Shown here piece by piece: positions 1-12,699 of a stretch of 64,000 bases of DNA. The position numbers and the translations under genes are program-made. Where the stretch lies: the NCBI GenBank assembly GCA_034780895.1, contig JAUZTB010000057.1:5227707-5291706 (forward strand). Reading direction: 5' to 3'. Position 1 is the first letter of the stretch; each line of letters opens with the position of its first letter. The notes under the pieces are model-generated. The model was not told where the DNA came from. It worked only from the letters and a program-made list of their open reading frames with translations, and made no database searches. Source of the stretch: Rhynchobatus australiae (Eukaryota).

Positions 1-160
1 CTCCCACATTCCAAAGATGTACGGGTTAGGAAGTTGTGGGCATGCTATGTTGGCGCTGGAAGTGTGGTGACACTTGCAGGATGCCCCCCCAGAACACTCC
101 ATGCAAAAGATGCATTTCACTGTGTTTCAATGTACATGTGACTGATAAAAGATATCTTAA
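1..160 (+). mobile_element. V-SINE 3' part (truncated by window edge), tail type B
   Basis: CTCCCACATTCCAAAGA (end of V-domain) followed by a tail closely matching 7800-7935. Confidence 0.7.
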
Positions 161-559
161 CTGCTGCACTGCAGTGCCATCCAATTCTGTTTTCTGTCCT
201 TTAATCAACACACCCTCCATGTTTGCATAACATCCAAGTCTGAATCCTTTTATATAACACCCTGCTGCATTAACTTTTAAATGCCTTAAAAGAAAACAGA
301 TACAACAACCCCTTTGACTGTCTTGCTAATTACATTCTCAAAAAACTGCATTAGCTTTTCTAATACAATATTCCCTTCAAAAACCACGTTGACTCTGCCT
401 AATCATAATACAATTTTCTAAGTGCCCTGTTACCGCAAGCTTAATAATGAATTCCCAGCAGTGAAGTAAGGTTAACTGATATAAGCCTATCTAGTTCCCT
501 ACTTTCTCTTTTCTGGAATGGAGTCATAGAGTCATTCAGCGCAGAAACACTGAGTCCCA

Positions 560-780
560 TTTACACTAATCCCATTTTATTCTCACCACATCCCCCACTT
601 TGATTCTCTTACCAACCCCCTACACTAGGAGTAACTTACAGTAGCTAATAAGCCTACCACATCTTTGGGATGTTGCAGGAAACTGGGGGAAACCCATGTG
701 GTCACAGGGAGAACATGCAAATTCCAGACAGGCAGTACCAGAGGTCAGACTTGAACCCGGGTCAATGGTGCTGTGTGGAA
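560..780 (-). mobile_element. Degenerate V-SINE
   Basis: Reverse-strand V-domain (GGAAACCCATGTGGTCACAGGGAGAACATGCAAATTCCA) and reverse B-box-like TTGAACCCGGGTC. Confidence 0.6.
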
Positions 781-1049
781 TATTCATGTTTCATTTGCTA
801 ACTTCTAATTCGCTTGTTCTGTTTAATTTCAGAAGTTTTTGAAGATGATTACTCTTTGTGCACCACATATCTTGGCATCCCAGCATGCAGGATATCAGGT
901 TTTAAGGAATTGTTGACTTTTAATCTCTTTAAATCCCCCAGAATTTTCTCTATTATTATTAATACTATAGGTTCATTACTATCATTGGATTCTTACTCAT
1001 CCATTATTTTTGCAGTATCTTCTACAAGGAACACAGATATGAAACCATT

Positions 1050-1260
1050 GAAAATAAAATCAGAAAATACTGAAAACACTCAGGTCAGGCAGCATCCATA
1101 GAGAGACAAACTGGATTAATATTGCAGATCAATTTCCTTCATCAGAACTGGAAATGTGAGGAAAAGTGTTTTAAGTTGCGAAGAGGGAGTGGAGAGAACA
1201 CAGGGAATGTCTGTGATGGAGGGAGATAGATATTGTCTAGGTGACACAATGCCCTCAGTG
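1050..1260 (-). mobile_element. Penelope-like element terminal-repeat fragment with degenerate hammerhead
   Basis: Family motif ACACTCAGGTCAGGCAGCATC...CCTTCATCAGAACTGG; the reverse strand reads CCAGTT-CTGATGA. Confidence 0.6.
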
Positions 1261-2274
1261 CTGTCTAGTCAATAGATAAATGATGGTATTGAGAATGAGT
1301 AAGTTAAGTTGGAGAGAGGAGCAGAGCTTCTTCAAAGTGGTCAAATTTCCTTATTGCCTGAATCATTCCGTTATACCATATTATAATTTNNNNNNNNNNN
1401 NNNNNNNNNNNNNNNNNNNNNNNNNNNNNNNNNNNNNNNNNNNNNNNNNNNNNNNNNNNNNNNNNNNNNNNNNNNNNNNNNNNNNNNNNNNNNNNNNNNN
1501 NNNNNNNNNNNNNNNNNNNNNNNNNNNNNNNNNNNNNNNNNNNNNNNNNNNNNNNNNNNNNNNNNNNNNNNNNNNNNNNNNNNNNNNNNNNNNNNNNNNN
1601 NNNNNNNNNNNNNNNNNNNNNNNNNNNNNNNNNNNNNNNNNNNNNNNNNNNNNNNNNNNNNNNNNNNNNNNNNNNNNNNNNNNNNNNNNNNNNNNNNNNN
1701 NNNNNNNNNNNNNNNNNNNNNNNNNNNNNNNNNNNNNNNNNNNNNNNNNNNNNNNNNNNNNNNNNNNNNNNNNNNNNNNNNNNNNNNNNNNNNNNNNNNN
1801 NNNNNNNNNNNNNNNNNNNNNNNNNNNNNNNNNNNNNNNNNNNNNNNNNNNNNNNNNNNNNNNNNNNNNNNNNNNNNNNNNNNNNNNNNNNNNNNNNNNN
1901 NNNNNNNNNNNNNNNNNNNNNNNNNNNNNNNNNNNNNNNNNNNNNNNNNNNNNNNNNNNNNNNNNNNNNNNNNNNNNNNNNNNNNNNNNNNNNNNNNNNN
2001 NNNNNNNNNNNNNNNNNNNNNNNNNNNNNNNNNNNNNNNNNNNNNNNNNNNNNNNNNNNNNNNNNNNNNNNNNNNNNNNNNNNNNGGTGACATTTCCCCA
2101 CCGAGGACATGATTTTCACAAGAGGGAAGGATTGCTTAAAATTCACTCCTTTTCTGCTGAAGCAAATTTCCACAACATCCAACAAAATTCCTTTTATTCC
2201 CCCAATTTCTCCTTTTCAGTACAGTGCAAGGAAGTTGGACACCTGGGTTCACGAAGCAATAAGGAAAGCTGCCA

Positions 2275-2725
2275 AAACTGAAAATGTCAGATGCACTCAG
2301 CAGGTCAGGCAGCATCCATGGGAGCAGAAACAGAGTTAATGTGTCAGGTCAATGACCCTTCATGAGAAGAGGAAAAGTGAGTAAACAGGGGTGTTTTAAG
2401 TAGCAGAGGGGAGGAGGGGAGGAAAGAACAGAGGGGATTGTCTTTGATAAGTTGCAGACCAAAGTTGTCAAGGTAACCATTAGTACAAATTCTGGCAATT
2501 AAAGACAAATTGAAACTGAAATATGCAGAAAAATGGGGCTGTTACTTGCAATGGTTGAGTTCCGTATTGTCCTGAAGGCCGCAATGTGTCCAGATGAAAT
2601 GAGGTGCTGTTCCTCCAGCTTATATTGAGCTTCATTGGAAGGGAGGCAGAATACAGAGAGGTCAGAGTGGGAAATGGGACAGAGGAATGAAGTGACAGGT
2701 GAATGGAGGCTCAGGATCATCCTTG
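2275..2725 (-). mobile_element. Penelope-like fragment (terminal repeat plus GIY-YIG C-terminal remnant)
   Basis: Family motif ACTCAGCAGGTCAGGCAGCATC; the minus-strand peptide EAQYKLEEQHLI resembles KRKLEEQHLIF at ~31000. Confidence 0.65.
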
Positions 2726-3789
2726 NNNNNNNNNNNNNNNNNNNNNNNNNNNNNNNNNNNNNNNNNNNNNNNNNNNNNNNNNNNNNNNNNNNNNNNNNNN
2801 NNNNNNNNNNNNNNNNNNNNNNNNNNNNNNNNNNNNNNNNNNNNNNNNNNNNNNNNNNNNNNNNNNNNNNNNNNNNNNNNNNNNNNNNNNNNNNNNNNNN
2901 NNNNNNNNNNNNNNNNNNNNNNNNNNNNNNNNNNNNNNNNNNNNNNNNNNNNNNNNNTTTTAAGGATGTATGATATATGAGTAATAAAAAAATCCACCTT
3001 TGGTATCAGAAACAACCTGTGGTACCCCCAAGTAAATCATCCAGAATCATTCCAGTGATTTTGCCTTTAATCGAATACCTGAGAAGCATTCCATATTTAG
3101 AAATCAATGCTAAAATTTCACTTGGTTTGTCTTCCCTCCAGTAGCTTTCCCCATGTGGATTTGCCTGAGATCCTCTTCTGGATTTGCTTTTCTTTTCTGT
3201 TCACTTCTGATATCATCTTTAAGGCCTCTGTGTCTGACCCAGAACCCTATTTTGCTTTTTTTTGGGTTATATAATCAAGTTTTATTCACAATTGCATGAC
3301 ATTGTTACGATTTTTGTGTAACGAGGGTGCTGCCTGTGTTGCTCTGCATTGAGGGAAGTGTGTTCCAGTGCTCCTTAATTGGAAATTATGTATTCCTATT
3401 TTTGTCCATTGTTTATAAGTAGTGCTTTATGGAAACAAGTCAGTTTCATGCATTTCTCATTTGCAGCTGAAGCTATTTTAAGAAAAGTTAAGAGATGGCA
3501 AGTCTGTCAAGAAATATTTAAGATTAATCATCAAGACGTATTTGTACAATCTATGAACTTCTAAATATCTCATTGGGAATTTGAAAAGAAACTCTACAGA
3601 TTTGCAAAAGACATAACTCAAAGATAAAATTGTTTATTGTTTGTCTAGAGTCACCAGATGATTGAAACATAACTGCAAGAGACTGGTTGCTACATCAGTA
3701 TTGTGGTTACCTACCCAGGTTTTGAATTCCTTTTCTTGGTCACATGATGAGTAAGGGATTAGCTGTGAAGTTCCTTCCTGAGATCAGAT

Positions 3790-4150
3790 TCAGATTAGTT
3801 TATTGTCCTATACACCAAGGTACAATGAAATTACTTGCTCGCATGAAGCTCACAGAGTGAACAGCATACATGATAATAAATACAAGTGCAAAACAGCAGA
3901 ATGGTGCAAAGATTGTAGTGGAATCTGCAAAAAGAGCTGCTTAAGTGACAATAACAGAATAACCAAGAGAGTTAGAATTAAGAGTCTGAGAATGTGGTAG
4001 CAGCACTGGGAAGGGGATGTGAAAGAGGTGATTGGTATGGAAGTCTGATAACCATGGGGAAGAAGCGATTCTTAAGTCTGAATGTCCAGGCTTTCAAGCT
4101 CCTGTATCTTCTCCCAGAAGGTAGGGGATAGAAAAGGGAATGGCCTCCCA
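3790..4150 (-). mobile_element. Rex1/Babar-like LINE 3' end
   Basis: Minus strand ~4130-4058 translates as LPSGRRYRSLKAWTFRLKNRFFP, resembling the Rex1-type C-terminal motif; ends in ...GGACAATAAA. Confidence 0.6.
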
Positions 4151-4329
4151 TACTTGAACNNNNNNNNNNGCTGCTAAATTCCTTTCAGCTTCATCCATGG
4201 CTTTTTAATGCAATTCTTGGACTAATGTACAGTTAATCTCTCTCTCACTTTCCTGAATGTGGAGATGGTCTCCCACACTTGGCTCCCCAAATGTACTGAG
4301 AGATCAACTGATTCCTTTCATTAAACTGC

Positions 4330-4700
4330 AAATGGACCCTCCAGTCCCCTTTACTGATGTCCATTTGGATATCCTGATGTGCAGCTGGATCTCTTGATCC
4401 TCCTTACCAATAAGCAACTGGACCTCCCTATCGCACCTACCAATGGGCAGCTGGATATTCTGATCAGACTAAATGTTGTGCAACTGGATCTCTCTATTGC
4501 ACTTACCAGTGTACAGCTGGATCTCCTGATCCCTCTGACTGATAAGCAATTGGATCACTCAATTGCACTTAACTCAGATATCTCCTGATATCTCCTAGTA
4601 TCAGATCTTCTTTACTGATAAGCAGCTAGATCTCCTGAGCGCGCTTACCATTGCGCAGCTGGATCTCCTGATTCTTCTTCCTGATGTTCAGCTGGGTCCC
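4330..4700. repeat. Degenerate 33-bp minisatellite (core CAGCTGGATCTC)
   Basis: Units start at 4379, 4412, 4445, 4478, 4511 and 4544, then after an interruption at 4620, 4653 and 4686; weaker copies lie upstream. Confidence 0.85.
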
Positions 4701-4839
4701 TTTATTTAGCACATGTTTTTGAACAGATTGGAAGCAATAGGATCAAGATTGTTGTTACTGACTCAGAGAAACAATGTGGTTTTTACTTTGACAGAGAGCT
4801 TTGAAAATCTATCTAGTTGTTCGGGATTCTCTTATTACT

Positions 4840-5435
4840 GAAACAAAAACAGAAAATGCTGGAAACACTCAGCAGGTTAGGCAACATTGGTGGACTGAAA
4901 TAAAGTTAATATCTCAGGTTGATGACCATTTGTCAGAACTGGGAAAAGTTAAAAAGTGAACATCTTTTAAGTTGCAGAGAGAGTAGGAGTGGAGAGCATA
5001 AAAGGGGAGAGATTGAATGCAACAAGTACAGCTGGTGCCAGCTGCAAGTGTGGTAAAGGCTGGTAAAAGACAAAAGCCTTGTGTGGGGAGAGTGTATATA
5101 GGAGATGACTAATGAGATCTGGAATACAAGAGCATGAGATAGGAACATGTGAATGCTGGAAATGCGAGATACAAGCTGATGAACTCAATCTGTATTCAGT
5201 TTCACACGATGTATAAAAGACTACCTAGAAAACATTAAGTGTGGTAAATTGGAAGAAGCACAAGTAATCACTTCATTACCTGGTAGGACTATTTGGGTAC
5301 CTAGATGGTGGAAAGGAGGGAGATAAAAGGGCAGGTGTTGCATCTCCTACAGTTGCATGGGAAGATGTCATAAGAGGGGGAGTGGATGTTGGTGGAGATG
5401 GAAGAGTGAACAAGACCATTGGGATGCTGAAAGGN
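4840..5435 (-). mobile_element. Penelope-like fragment
   Basis: AAAACAGAAAATGCTGGAAACACTCAGCAGG terminus, degenerate hammerhead region at 4900-4942 and purine-rich spacer as in other copies. Confidence 0.55.
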
Positions 5436-5819
5436 NNNNNNNNNNNNNNNNNNNNNNNNNNNNNNNNNNNNNNNNNNNNNNNNNNNNNNNNNNNNNNNNN
5501 NNNNNNNNNNNNNNNNNNNNNNNNNNNNNNNNNNNNNNNNNNNNNNNNNNNNNNNNNNNNNNNNNNNNNNNNNNNNNNNNNNNNNNNNNNNNNNNNNNNN
5601 NNNNNNNNNNNNNNNNNNNNNNNNNNNNNNNNNNNNNNNNNNNNNNNNNNNNNNNNNNNNNNNNNNNNNNNNNNNNNNNNNNNNNNNNNNNNNNNNNNNN
5701 NNNNNNNNNNNNNNNNNNNTAGATCGAGAAAGGGAAAGGAAGAGTTGGAGAAAGCAAGAGCAGTTTGGAAATTGGCAGTAAAACCAATGAAACTTTGGAA
5801 ATCAACAAAAAGAGAATAG

Positions 5820-5942
5820 AAATAAAAACAGAAAATGCTGGAAAAATGTTGACAAATACTTTCCTCAACCTGAAACATTAACTATTTCCCTTTCCACAGA
5901 TGCTATATGACCTGCTGAGTATCCCCAGCATTTTCTGTTTTT
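5820..5942. mobile_element. Short fold-back Penelope-derived element
   Basis: AAAAACAGAAAATGCTGG ... CCAGCATTTTCTGTTTTT inverted termini; internal CCTGAAACATTAAC half-hammerhead. Confidence 0.6.
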
Positions 5943-6789
5943 AATATTGATGCAACTTTTAGTTCTGTATAAGTCCAGGAGGCAGCACTTTGCTCCATGT
6001 TGTCATCAATTACCAGATGAAATCAATGTTTGTTTGTGTTGTAATTACTTTTTCTGAGAGATCGGTTACGCATTTCTTTATTATTAATATGATCAAAACT
6101 GTAAGTACTCAAGATGGTCAGCAGCCTTGTGTTGCTGATCAGATTGGAAGGTCACATTTTTAAAAAAATTCTTCCTGATTCTGAGATGATTCTCCCTGTG
6201 GACAGAGCAGGCATGTGGTAAGTGCCCACTGCTGGGGAAACTGAAAGGAGAAAGCCACTTCATACAAGGGGCTCAAGCGACCTGTTATGTCCAAGACCAA
6301 CTCCCTTGATCTTTTTCTACAACCTTACAACTTTTGCTGTTTTTTTATGTTATTGCTCAATCTGCTTGTGAAACAATCCATTCTCACCCATTTGCAAACT
6401 ATTTTAAGTCTCGCTTCTCTGGTCGTGTAGCTTGTTGCCAATGGAAACAGTCTCAATCTGTTTACTCCAGCAAAAATCCCTCGTCATTTTGAGCCTCTCT
6501 ATTAAATTTCCCCCTTTTGCTGCACTAAGTAGACAATCTCATCTTTTCCAGATAATTGAAACCCCTCACTCATCAATGGCAAACATGTGGTAAATGTTTG
6601 CTCCATCTTCCCCACAACCACAAAGTATAGCACACTTAATTAAATACAATGAGTTATATTGTCATCTATACTGTCTGCTTTTTCCTTTCAAAAAGAAAAC
6701 AACTTTATGAATTTGTTCTGCTATCCTCAAAGATTTGAATTAAGAACAACCAGTGCTGGAAACACTCAGTAGGTCTCAGAAAATAAATG

Positions 6790-7550
6790 CAGGGAGGTTA
6801 CGGTACAACTTTATAGAACACGAGTTAGGCCACAGCTGGAGTGGTGTGTATAGTTCCTGTCACCACACTTCAGGAAGGATGTGACTGTATGTGGAGAGGC
6901 TAGAGAGGAGATTCATGAGGATGTTGTCTGGAATGGAATTTTTCAATTATGAAGAGAGACTGGATAGACTGGCTTTTTTTTAAACTGAGCAGAGGAGGCT
7001 GAGGGGAGGGTGGTGTCTGCTTGGTCAGTTATGAGGGGCAATAGATAGGGTAGATAGTAGGATACTTGGCCCCGTAGCAGAGGTATCTAAAACTAGAGGG
7101 CATAGGCTTAGGTGACACGAGAGACTTTAGATGCTGGAATCTGGAGCAACAAACAATCTGCAGGAGGAACTCAGTGGATTGAGCTCAATCTGTGGGGGGA
7201 AAAGGACGTCAGTCTTTCAGGTCCTGTTACAGGGTTTCGACCTGAAAGGCCGATTATTCTTCCCCTCCCCCCACACAGATGCTGCTCGACCTGCTGAGCT
7301 CCTCAAACAGATGTAGGATCAGGGGTAAGACATTTAGAAGGGATCTGAGGAAGAACCTATCAATCCAGAGAGTGGTTGGAACGCACTGCCTGAGGAGGTG
7401 GTGGAGGTAGGTACTTACACAACATTTAAGTCGAATCTGCATGAGTACTTGAATTGCCAACACATGGAAGGCTATGGACCAAGTACAGGTAAGTAAGTCG
7501 GTATGAGTATGGTAGGCTGAGCAGCCTCTCTCTGTACTGTACGACTATGA
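6790..7550 (+). mobile_element. CR1-like LINE 3' fragment interrupted by a Penelope-derived insertion (~7115-7310)
   Basis: CR1 ORF2 3' motifs (AGAGGAGATTCATGAGGATGTTG, GAGCAGAGGAGGCTGAGGGG) similar to 31265-31770, split by a GATGCTGGAATCTGGAGC...CAGATGCTGCTCGACCTGCTGAG element. Confidence 0.65.
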
Positions 7551-7669
7551 AGTCAGGCAACATTTGTAGAGAAAAGCTAATACTTTGGATCAATGGCTTT
7601 TCATCAAAACTCGTGTGGTCATTTACGTTCAGAGAGGACAAGGCGAGAAGGGATAGTTAAAACTTATCA

Positions 7670-7935
7670 AGGGGTGTAGTGTAACACTATTACAGCGCCG
7701 GCAACCCGGGTTCAATTCCCGCTGTTGTCTGTAAGGAGTTTGTACGTACTCCCCGTGTCTGCGTGGGTTTCCTGAAGGTGCTCCAGTTTCCTCTAAAAGA
7801 TGTACAGGTTAGGAGCTGTGGACATGCTATGTTGGCGCCAGAAGAGTGACGACACTCGTGGGCTGCCCCCAGAACATTCTAGGCAAAAATGCATTTCACT
7901 GTGTGTTTCCATGTACATGTGACTAATAAAGAAAT
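7670..7935 (+). mobile_element. tRNA-derived V-SINE, tail type B
   Basis: B-box GGTTCAATTCC (~7709-7719); V-domain GGAGTTTGTACGTACTCCCCGTGTCTGCGTGGGTTTCC; tail ending GTACATGTGACTAATAAA. Confidence 0.75.
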
Positions 7936-8399
7936 CTTAAAATTTGAGATAGGGCTGGAAGATTATGTTGGGGAAGAAAGACATAGGAAACTTTTAATCC
8001 AATTGAATCTATTGACGTCCTCCCTCAAGAAAGAAAAAGAAGTCATTGTTAATGCTCTGGACAAAGTTAGGATAAAATTCACTGCAGACAATGAGAACTT
8101 TGGGATACAGCAGTGCAGAAGAGGTGACAGGACCATGTACATGTGGATCTTAGGATGTGGTTGAGCACNNNNNNNNNNNNNNNNNNNNNNNNNNNNNNNN
8201 NNNNNNNNNNNNNNNNNNNNNNNNNNNNNNNNNNNNNNNNNNNNNNNNNNNNNNNNNNNNNNNNNNNNNNNNNNNNNNNNNNNNNNNNNNNNNNNNNNNN
8301 NNNNNNNNNNNNNNNNNNNNNNNNNNNNNNNNNNNNNNNNNNNNNNNNNNNNNNNNNNNNNNNNCCAGAAGAGAAGCAGCATTGAATTAAATAATAAAA

Positions 8400-8570
8400 T
8401 AAAAGCAAAATATTGCAGATAGTGCAAATATGAAATGAAAATGAATATATGCAATGAGAAAGAATTGCTGAAATATCTTTGACCTGAAACATTGTTTGGT
8501 TTTCTCTGCGTAGCTGACTGACTTCCTAAGCATTTCAGGCATTTTCTGTTTTTATTTCTAGCATCTGCAG
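8400..8570. mobile_element. Degenerate fold-back Penelope-derived element
   Basis: GACCTGAAACATT half-hammerhead and the family end GCATTTTCTGTTTTTATTTCTAGCATCTGCAG. Confidence 0.5.
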
Positions 8571-9939
8571 TGCTATACTTTGGTACTACTCTTTTAAGAT
8601 TTATATAAGTGAACACCTGTGTCTCTCTGTTCCCACACTCCCATTAAGTGCAATGACTTTACAATTACAGACGAAGGGGCATTGGAATAGGGAGCTTTAA
8701 AACTGTGAATGTGTTTGATGGATGTAGGATGTTTTGATTTACAGGAAGCATGAGAGTTGCACCAGAAATGTAAGATAATCACTAATAAATCCATTACTTA
8801 ATAAGTGATTATAAAGTGGAACTTCCTACTATGGAGAATATGTGAATCGCATAGATAAAATTAATAGAAAGCTGTTTAATCAAAAGGCAGACAGGAACAA
8901 TAGGATATGTTGTTGGGGCTGAATGAAATCCCGCCCTTCATTTAACCCCAGCAACATATCCTTTTATCAACGAGCACTCACTATGACAAATAGCTGGTCT
9001 CTGTGCTGGAATATATGGAGACAAAAAGGTAACATTAAAAAAGCCATTAACATTTCTATTGTTGGTTTCACTCTTTCCTGGAGGCAAACATACAGTTAAA
9101 GAATTTTAGTTAGGTCACGCTTGGAGCATTGTGCAAAGAACTTGCCTTTGTACTAAAGAAAAAGTTATTGAAGCTCAGATAAAAAATATATAAGGGCATT
9201 ACAAGGATGCTACCAGATGTGAAAGATGTAACTACTGGGAAACGTTCAGCAGGTTTCTGCTTTTCTCTAAAGATAACACTGACTGCCGTCTTTAAAACTA
9301 GGCAGGACTGCAATTAGTACGAGCACATGCTTGAACACGTATAATCTCCTTATATTTGTAGGAAACTTTAAAACATGGGAGCATCATTGCAAGACTGCAA
9401 GGAACAGATCAAATAAAGAACTCAGGAAGATTCTGTGGTGAGAATCTGAGTCTTTCTGCCACTGAAAGTGGTTGAAACAATTAACATTAAAAGCACTTAG
9501 GGGGAAGCATAAGGCTTACTTGAAAGGAAAAAAAAGAGTAATATAGGAGCAGGGTGGGGCAAGACCATTAGAGTGAAAGAAGATTCATAAAAAATATAAA
9601 CACTTTTGCACTAGTTGGCCCAAATACCACTGTGCTGCAAGTTGTATGTAATTCAATCTACTTGAATTAGATGCTAAACTTAGTTTCATATTCTTTATTC
9701 CGAACCAGAAGTCTCTGGAACCCCCACTCAAGAAGTTTGTCACAGAGATCGGAAATTGATCCTTAAGCATCTGTGCTGAACATCAAATGCCCACTTACAC
9801 TAATCCAACACTCATTCCATTTAGTCTCCCCACATTCCCATCAACACCCCCCAGAATCTACCACTTACCTACACATTCCCTGTAACACTCCAAATTATTT
9901 TCTCTCACATGTTCCTTTGATTACTTAACCATTTAGGCA

Positions 9940-10115
9940 CATTAGGGGCAGTGGCAAATTAACCTACCAATGTACATGTTTTGGGGATGAAGGAGAAAAC
10001 CAGAGCATCCGAGGAAACCCACACAATCACAGAGAGAAGGTGCAAACTCCACACAGAATGCACTAGAGGGAGGATTGAACAATGGTCACTGGAATTGAGA
10101 GTGCTGCACTGCCTG
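9940..10115 (-). mobile_element. Degenerate V-SINE
   Basis: Reverse V-domain AAACCAGAGCATCCGAGGAAACCCACACAATCACAGAGAGAAGGTGCAAACTCCACACAG. Confidence 0.65.
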
Positions 10116-11259
10116 TCATGCAGACTATTAATCCAAGCACAGCCTCCCTTCTAAGGTGAACACCAAACNNNNNNNNNNNNNNNNNNNNNNNNNNNNNNNN
10201 NNNNNNNNNNNNNNNNNNNNNNNNNNNNNNNNNNNNNNNNNNNNNNNNNNNNNNNNNNNNNNNNNNNNCACAAAACAAAATCACAAGACAGTATTCAAAA
10301 GCAAGTAAGAAAGGTGTCCCAAAACCAATGAATCAACATTTATTTCTTACCCAAGATTAATGAAAAAAGGTTACATAAGAGTTAGGAGGACTCCAATCAA
10401 CCCATTGAGTTTGTAGCAATGTCCAGTTAGACTAAGGCTGATGTGAATCCCAGCATCATTGGAATGACTTACTTCTAAGAAGCTTAGTCTAAGGAAAAAA
10501 AATCTGTATCTTAGTTTTGAAATGTCTGTCCACACCAAAAAAAAATTGTTGGAGAGTGTTTCAGAGATTTCCAAACTTTACATATCTTAACATCACCACT
10601 GAATGGCTTGGAACATAAAAAGTAGGAGAAGGAGTAGTTCATAAGGTCTATCCATAGATCTAATGTTTGAGCTCGGCTCCATTTTCCTGCTGCATCCCCA
10701 CAATCCTCAATTACCTTGGAGTTGAAAAATCGATTCATTTCATGGACAATGATCCTAAATCCACAACTCTCTGGGGTGGAGAATTCCAAAGACAAAGTTA
10801 CTTGAGGAAAGGAATTCCTCTTCATCTCAGTCTTAAAAGGGTGTCCATTATGTTAAGGTTATGCTCCCTGGNNNNNNNNNNNNNNNNNNNNNNNNNNNNN
10901 NNNNNNNNNNCAGGATCATGTTTCAGTAAAATGTCTTCTCATTCATCAAGCTCCGAAGAGTAAAAGTTCATTTTTCTCAATCACTCCTCATAAGATTACC
11001 CTTCATTCCAGAAGGCAATCCAGTGAATCTTCTCTGAACTGCCTCCAGGTACATGCGCTAGTAAATAAAGAAACCGAAAGTGTACACAGTGTTACAGGTG
11101 TGGTCTCTCCAACACTCCGACACTGGTAGCATTACTTCGTAAGTTTTGTGCTATTTCTTTTCGCCTTCTTGATTACATGCTTTACCTGAATGCTAAATTT
11201 CTGAGAGTTTTGTACAAAGATCTCTCTTGAATGGCGACTTTTAATTTCACACTATTTAA

Positions 11260-11560
11260 TGGCACAATGAGGGAGCTAGTAGAGCCACTGCCTTATAGCA
11301 CCAGAGACGCGGCTTCAATCCAGATCTCTGGTACTGCTTGTATAGAGTTTGCACATTCTCCCTGTAACCATGTGGGTTTCCTCCACTTCCCAGACATGCA
11401 GGTTAGTAGGCTGTTGTAAATTGCCTCTAGTGTGCAGGAGAATAGTAGACTCTGGGGAGTTGATGAGAATGTAGGGAGAGTAGGATTAATGCAGGATAAG
11501 TACAAATGGGTGTTTGATGATCGGTGTGGTCATGGTGGGCTGGTCTATCTCTGTGCTGTT
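11260..11560 (+). mobile_element. Degenerate V-SINE
   Basis: GAGTTTGCACATTCTCCCTGTAACCATGTGGGTTTCCTCC V-domain with CR1-like tail. Confidence 0.6.
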
Positions 11561-12699
11561 TCTCTGAGACTCTAAATAATACTCTATACTTCCTATCCAA
11601 AGTGGAAAATCTAACATTTCCATCTTTGTATTTCACTTGCCATCTCTTTGCCCACTCATTTAAGCTGGTTATATCCCTTTTTGTCTTCCTCAAAACTTAT
11701 TCCACTTTTTTGTGAGCTCAGTAGAGGTACAGAAATTATACTTGCTTCTTTCATTTTGTAATTAGTACAGATTGCAGGAAGCTGAGTAACAGCACTGCTG
11801 CCTGTGGCATTCCACTCATCATGGTTTGCCAACTTGAAAATGGCCATTTACTGCTTCCCTTTATTTTTTTGCCTACTAAACAGTTCTCTCTTCATGCTGA
11901 TATGTTGCTTTTATCTCATACAGTAACCGTTTACAAGGCAACTCATTAAATGTCTTTTGGAAAGCCAAGCACGCTACATACACTGGCTCTCCCATGTCAC
12001 TTTTGATTCTTTTGTCAATCACCTTTATTCTATATCCACTGGTTCTGCCAATGGGAACAATTTCTTTATGTCCACTATGTCTAGATTGGTGATGATTTTA
12101 AATAGTTTTATTAGAAACAGTTGCAACGTACTGTTACAACAAAAACAACCCCAACATCGCTAGACTATCCACATAATTGAAGTCCCTCATCACTGGTATC
12201 ACTTTANNNNNNNNNNNNNNNNNNNNNNNNNNNNNNNNNNNNNNNNNNNNNNNNNNNNNNNNNNNNNNNNNNNNNNNNNNNNNNNNNNNNNNNNNNNNNN
12301 NNNNNNTGAAGTCCCTCATCACTGGTATCACTTTAGTAAAGCCCTAAATCTTCTCTAAAGGCTTCATGTTTTTCATAAAGAGTATTACCCAGAATTGAAC
12401 ACAATAGTCTAATTGTGGCTGTGCCCAAAGTTTTATAAAGGTTATTGTTATTATTATGATCTCTTTATTCTTGTAGTTCATGTCTCTATTATAAAGACCA
12501 GCTTTTAACCATTGTCTCAACCTGTCCTGCAACTTTCAATGAAGTATGCACATATAGCCTTAGAATTCTCTATTTATGTACCTCTTTTAGAATTGTGCTC
12601 CTGAGTTTATATTTCCTCTTCTCAATCTTCCTCAGCAATAAATTGCACCAATTGGGAGCATTTTAGAATTCAGTGAAGGATGACCAGGAAATTGATAAA

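Noticed and set aside
1280-2281. Long ORFs spanning N runs (also near 5276, 7963 and 60191)
   Set aside because: Length is produced by X translation of gaps.
4379-4700. CRISPR-like regular repeat
   Set aside because: Eukaryotic locus; units are contiguous and degenerate with no unique spacers and no cas genes.
12178-12334. Identical ~28-bp sequence on both sides of an N run (TGAAGTCCCTCATCACTGGTATCACTTTA)
   Set aside because: Flanks a ~100-N placeholder gap; most likely unmerged overlapping contig ends, not a real direct repeat or TSD.
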